64,000 bases of DNA from Candidatus Babeliales bacterium (GTDB lineage Bacteria; Babelota; Babeliae; Babelales; UASB340), in contig JAGLWI010000005.1 of NCBI GenBank assembly GCA_023133515.1, positions 70,548 to 134,547 of the forward strand, in the 5' to 3' direction. The notes under the pieces are model-generated. The model did no database searches. It was not told the DNA's origin and was given only the letters and a program-made list of their open reading frames with translations. The position numbers and the translations under genes are program-made. Of the stretch, positions 63,141 through 64,000 are shown piece after piece (the first letter of the stretch is position 1; each line of letters starts with the position of its first letter).

Positions 63141-63545
63141 GGCCGTTCAAATGGTTCGATACGCCTCGCAAAGCTCGGCACTCACCACGAACGGCAGAGA
63201 ATAAACTTTTGTTAGAAGCTATGGTTTATAAATAAAACATCTTTTTAATATGCCGTTCGTCCCGAGTGGTTTTTCCATTAAGAAAAATTGTATAGAAGGA
63301 TTTGAACGGCATATTAAAAAATATTTTCTTCTTTTCATTCGTCCCGAGTGATTTTTGCGTTAGTAAAAATTATATCGAGGGATTTGAACGGCTCAGGATT
63401 GTTTATTTGGTTATCTCAACGACATAACATAACTAATACTTTTACACATTACTTTAGTAAAATGCTCCTCCACCATTCGTCCCGAGTGACCTGTCCTGAG
63501 TAAGCACGTAGTGGCGTATCGAAGGATCGAGGGATTTGAATGGAT
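63141..63545. repeat. cluster of four family-2 GC-rich elements (GCCGTTC...GAACGGC termini)
   Basis: Copies at about 63141-63195 (inverted orientation), 63251-63311, 63336-63392 and 63472-63545. They share (C/A)(C/T)(G/A)TTCGTCCCGAGTG ... ATCGA(A/G)GGATTTGAA(C/T)GG, with variable loops and irregular spacing. Confidence 0.75.
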
Positions 63546-63690
63546 GAAACACATTTATTAACTTTCGCTTCCTCCTTACACTAACATGTCCACCTACCTA
63601 TACTATGAAGCTCAAAGAGCATAGGGAAAAACCTTGGCGCGGGTGGAGGCTTCGGTAGACAAGAAAGCTTACGGCTCATAAAATAAAAAA

Positions 63691-63725
63691 GCTGCACACA
63701 GTTTTATTTAAAAACTGTGTGCAGC
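63691..63725 (-). terminator. rho-independent terminator
   Basis: Perfect 13-bp stem GCTGCACACAGTT / AACTGTGTGCAGC, followed on the minus strand by a T-run. Lies downstream of CDS 63764..63988. Confidence 0.7.
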
Positions 63726-63763
63726 CAAAAATTATTTAAACTTAGTCTAACTATTTTTTCTTT

Positions 63764-63988
63764 TTACTTTTTGCTACTTTTTTTATTGTTACCTGCTTTT
63801 TTTTCAAACAACGATGCAATATAATTATATTTGCCCTTTAAAAAAGACTTATCTTTTCTTAACAAAATATCCCAACTTATTCCAGATGCTACAAGTGATG
63901 CTAAAACCATTGATGTTGCAAGAACTGGATGTTTTTCAAATGTATTTTTGTACAATTTTTTAGCTAAATCTCTAGCAGCTTTTAACAT
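63764..63988 (-). CDS. small hypothetical membrane protein
   Basis: 74 aa with one hydrophobic helix (PVLATSMVLASLVASGISWDILL) and a Lys-rich C-terminus. Confidence 0.4.
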   Translation of the reverse strand: MLKAARDLAKKLYKNTFEKHPVLATSMVLASLVASGISWDILLRKDKSFLKGKYNYIASLFEKKAGNNKKSSKK

Positions 63989-64000
63989 TTTCTTATCATT

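Noticed and set aside
63141-63545. Possible CRISPR array suggested by repeated GC-rich units
   Set aside because: The units differ in length and orientation, spacing is irregular, the repeats are themselves internally palindromic with variable cores, and no cas genes are present. They are interpreted as MITE/REP-like elements.

Overview
This is a very AT-rich, densely coding bacterial chromosome segment. Hand counts of single 60-nt lines give about 18-20% G+C in typical genes.

Housekeeping content points to a Gram-negative-type cell:
- Envelope: an LpxL-type acyltransferase, gmhB, mreC, PBP2/mrdA, a MacAB-TolC-like pump and two beta-barrel OMP paralogs.
- Core functions: gatCA, typA, a DEAD-box helicase, xerC/D, nth, thrS, PIN-PhoH, cmk, recJ, lysS, ftsB, rapZ, a Ctp protease, arfB and an RdgB/HAM1-like NTPase.
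- Five tRNAs: Arg-TCG, Arg-CCT, His-GTG, Pro-TGG and Arg-TCT.

Accessory content looks host-associated or intracellular. My guess is an amoeba-symbiont-like lineage such as Dependentiae/TM6, which I cannot verify without searches.

The observations most worth follow-up:
1. A three-gene module (signal-anchored helical protein, pentapeptide-repeat protein, ankyrin-repeat protein; all with N-terminal signal-like sequences) is present twice, at about 7.7-11.0 kb and 15.7-19.0 kb. Its roughly 200-bp 5' leader is better conserved than the coding sequence. A third, truncated copy abuts an IS256-family element.
2. Five tandem genes at 44.0-48.5 kb form an orphan family of signal-peptide/single-pass membrane proteins. 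They share a YG-D-A...Y-(F/V)-GT motif, four have near-identical extended -10 promoters, and two are followed by their own terminators.
3. A compact redox operon at 27.75-30.6 kb encodes a two-Cys CsoR/CstR-like repressor, thioredoxin, an orphan ABC ATPase, a G3E GTPase fused to an Fe-S domain, a 2x[4Fe-4S] ferredoxin and a ferredoxin:thioredoxin-reductase catalytic subunit. An ATACCC-N5-GGGTAT operator lies in its promoter. A Cys-containing tandem-repeat secreted protein is transcribed divergently.
4. At least two families of GC-rich hairpin repeats are present. One abuts the CCA end of all three tRNA-Arg genes, supplies the RBS of arfB, sits in frame in the 5' end of the ctp gene, and flanks a glycine-zipper gene as direct repeats.

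No rRNA, CRISPR array or prophage was seen. All functional calls come from motif recognition by eye; no database search was possible.
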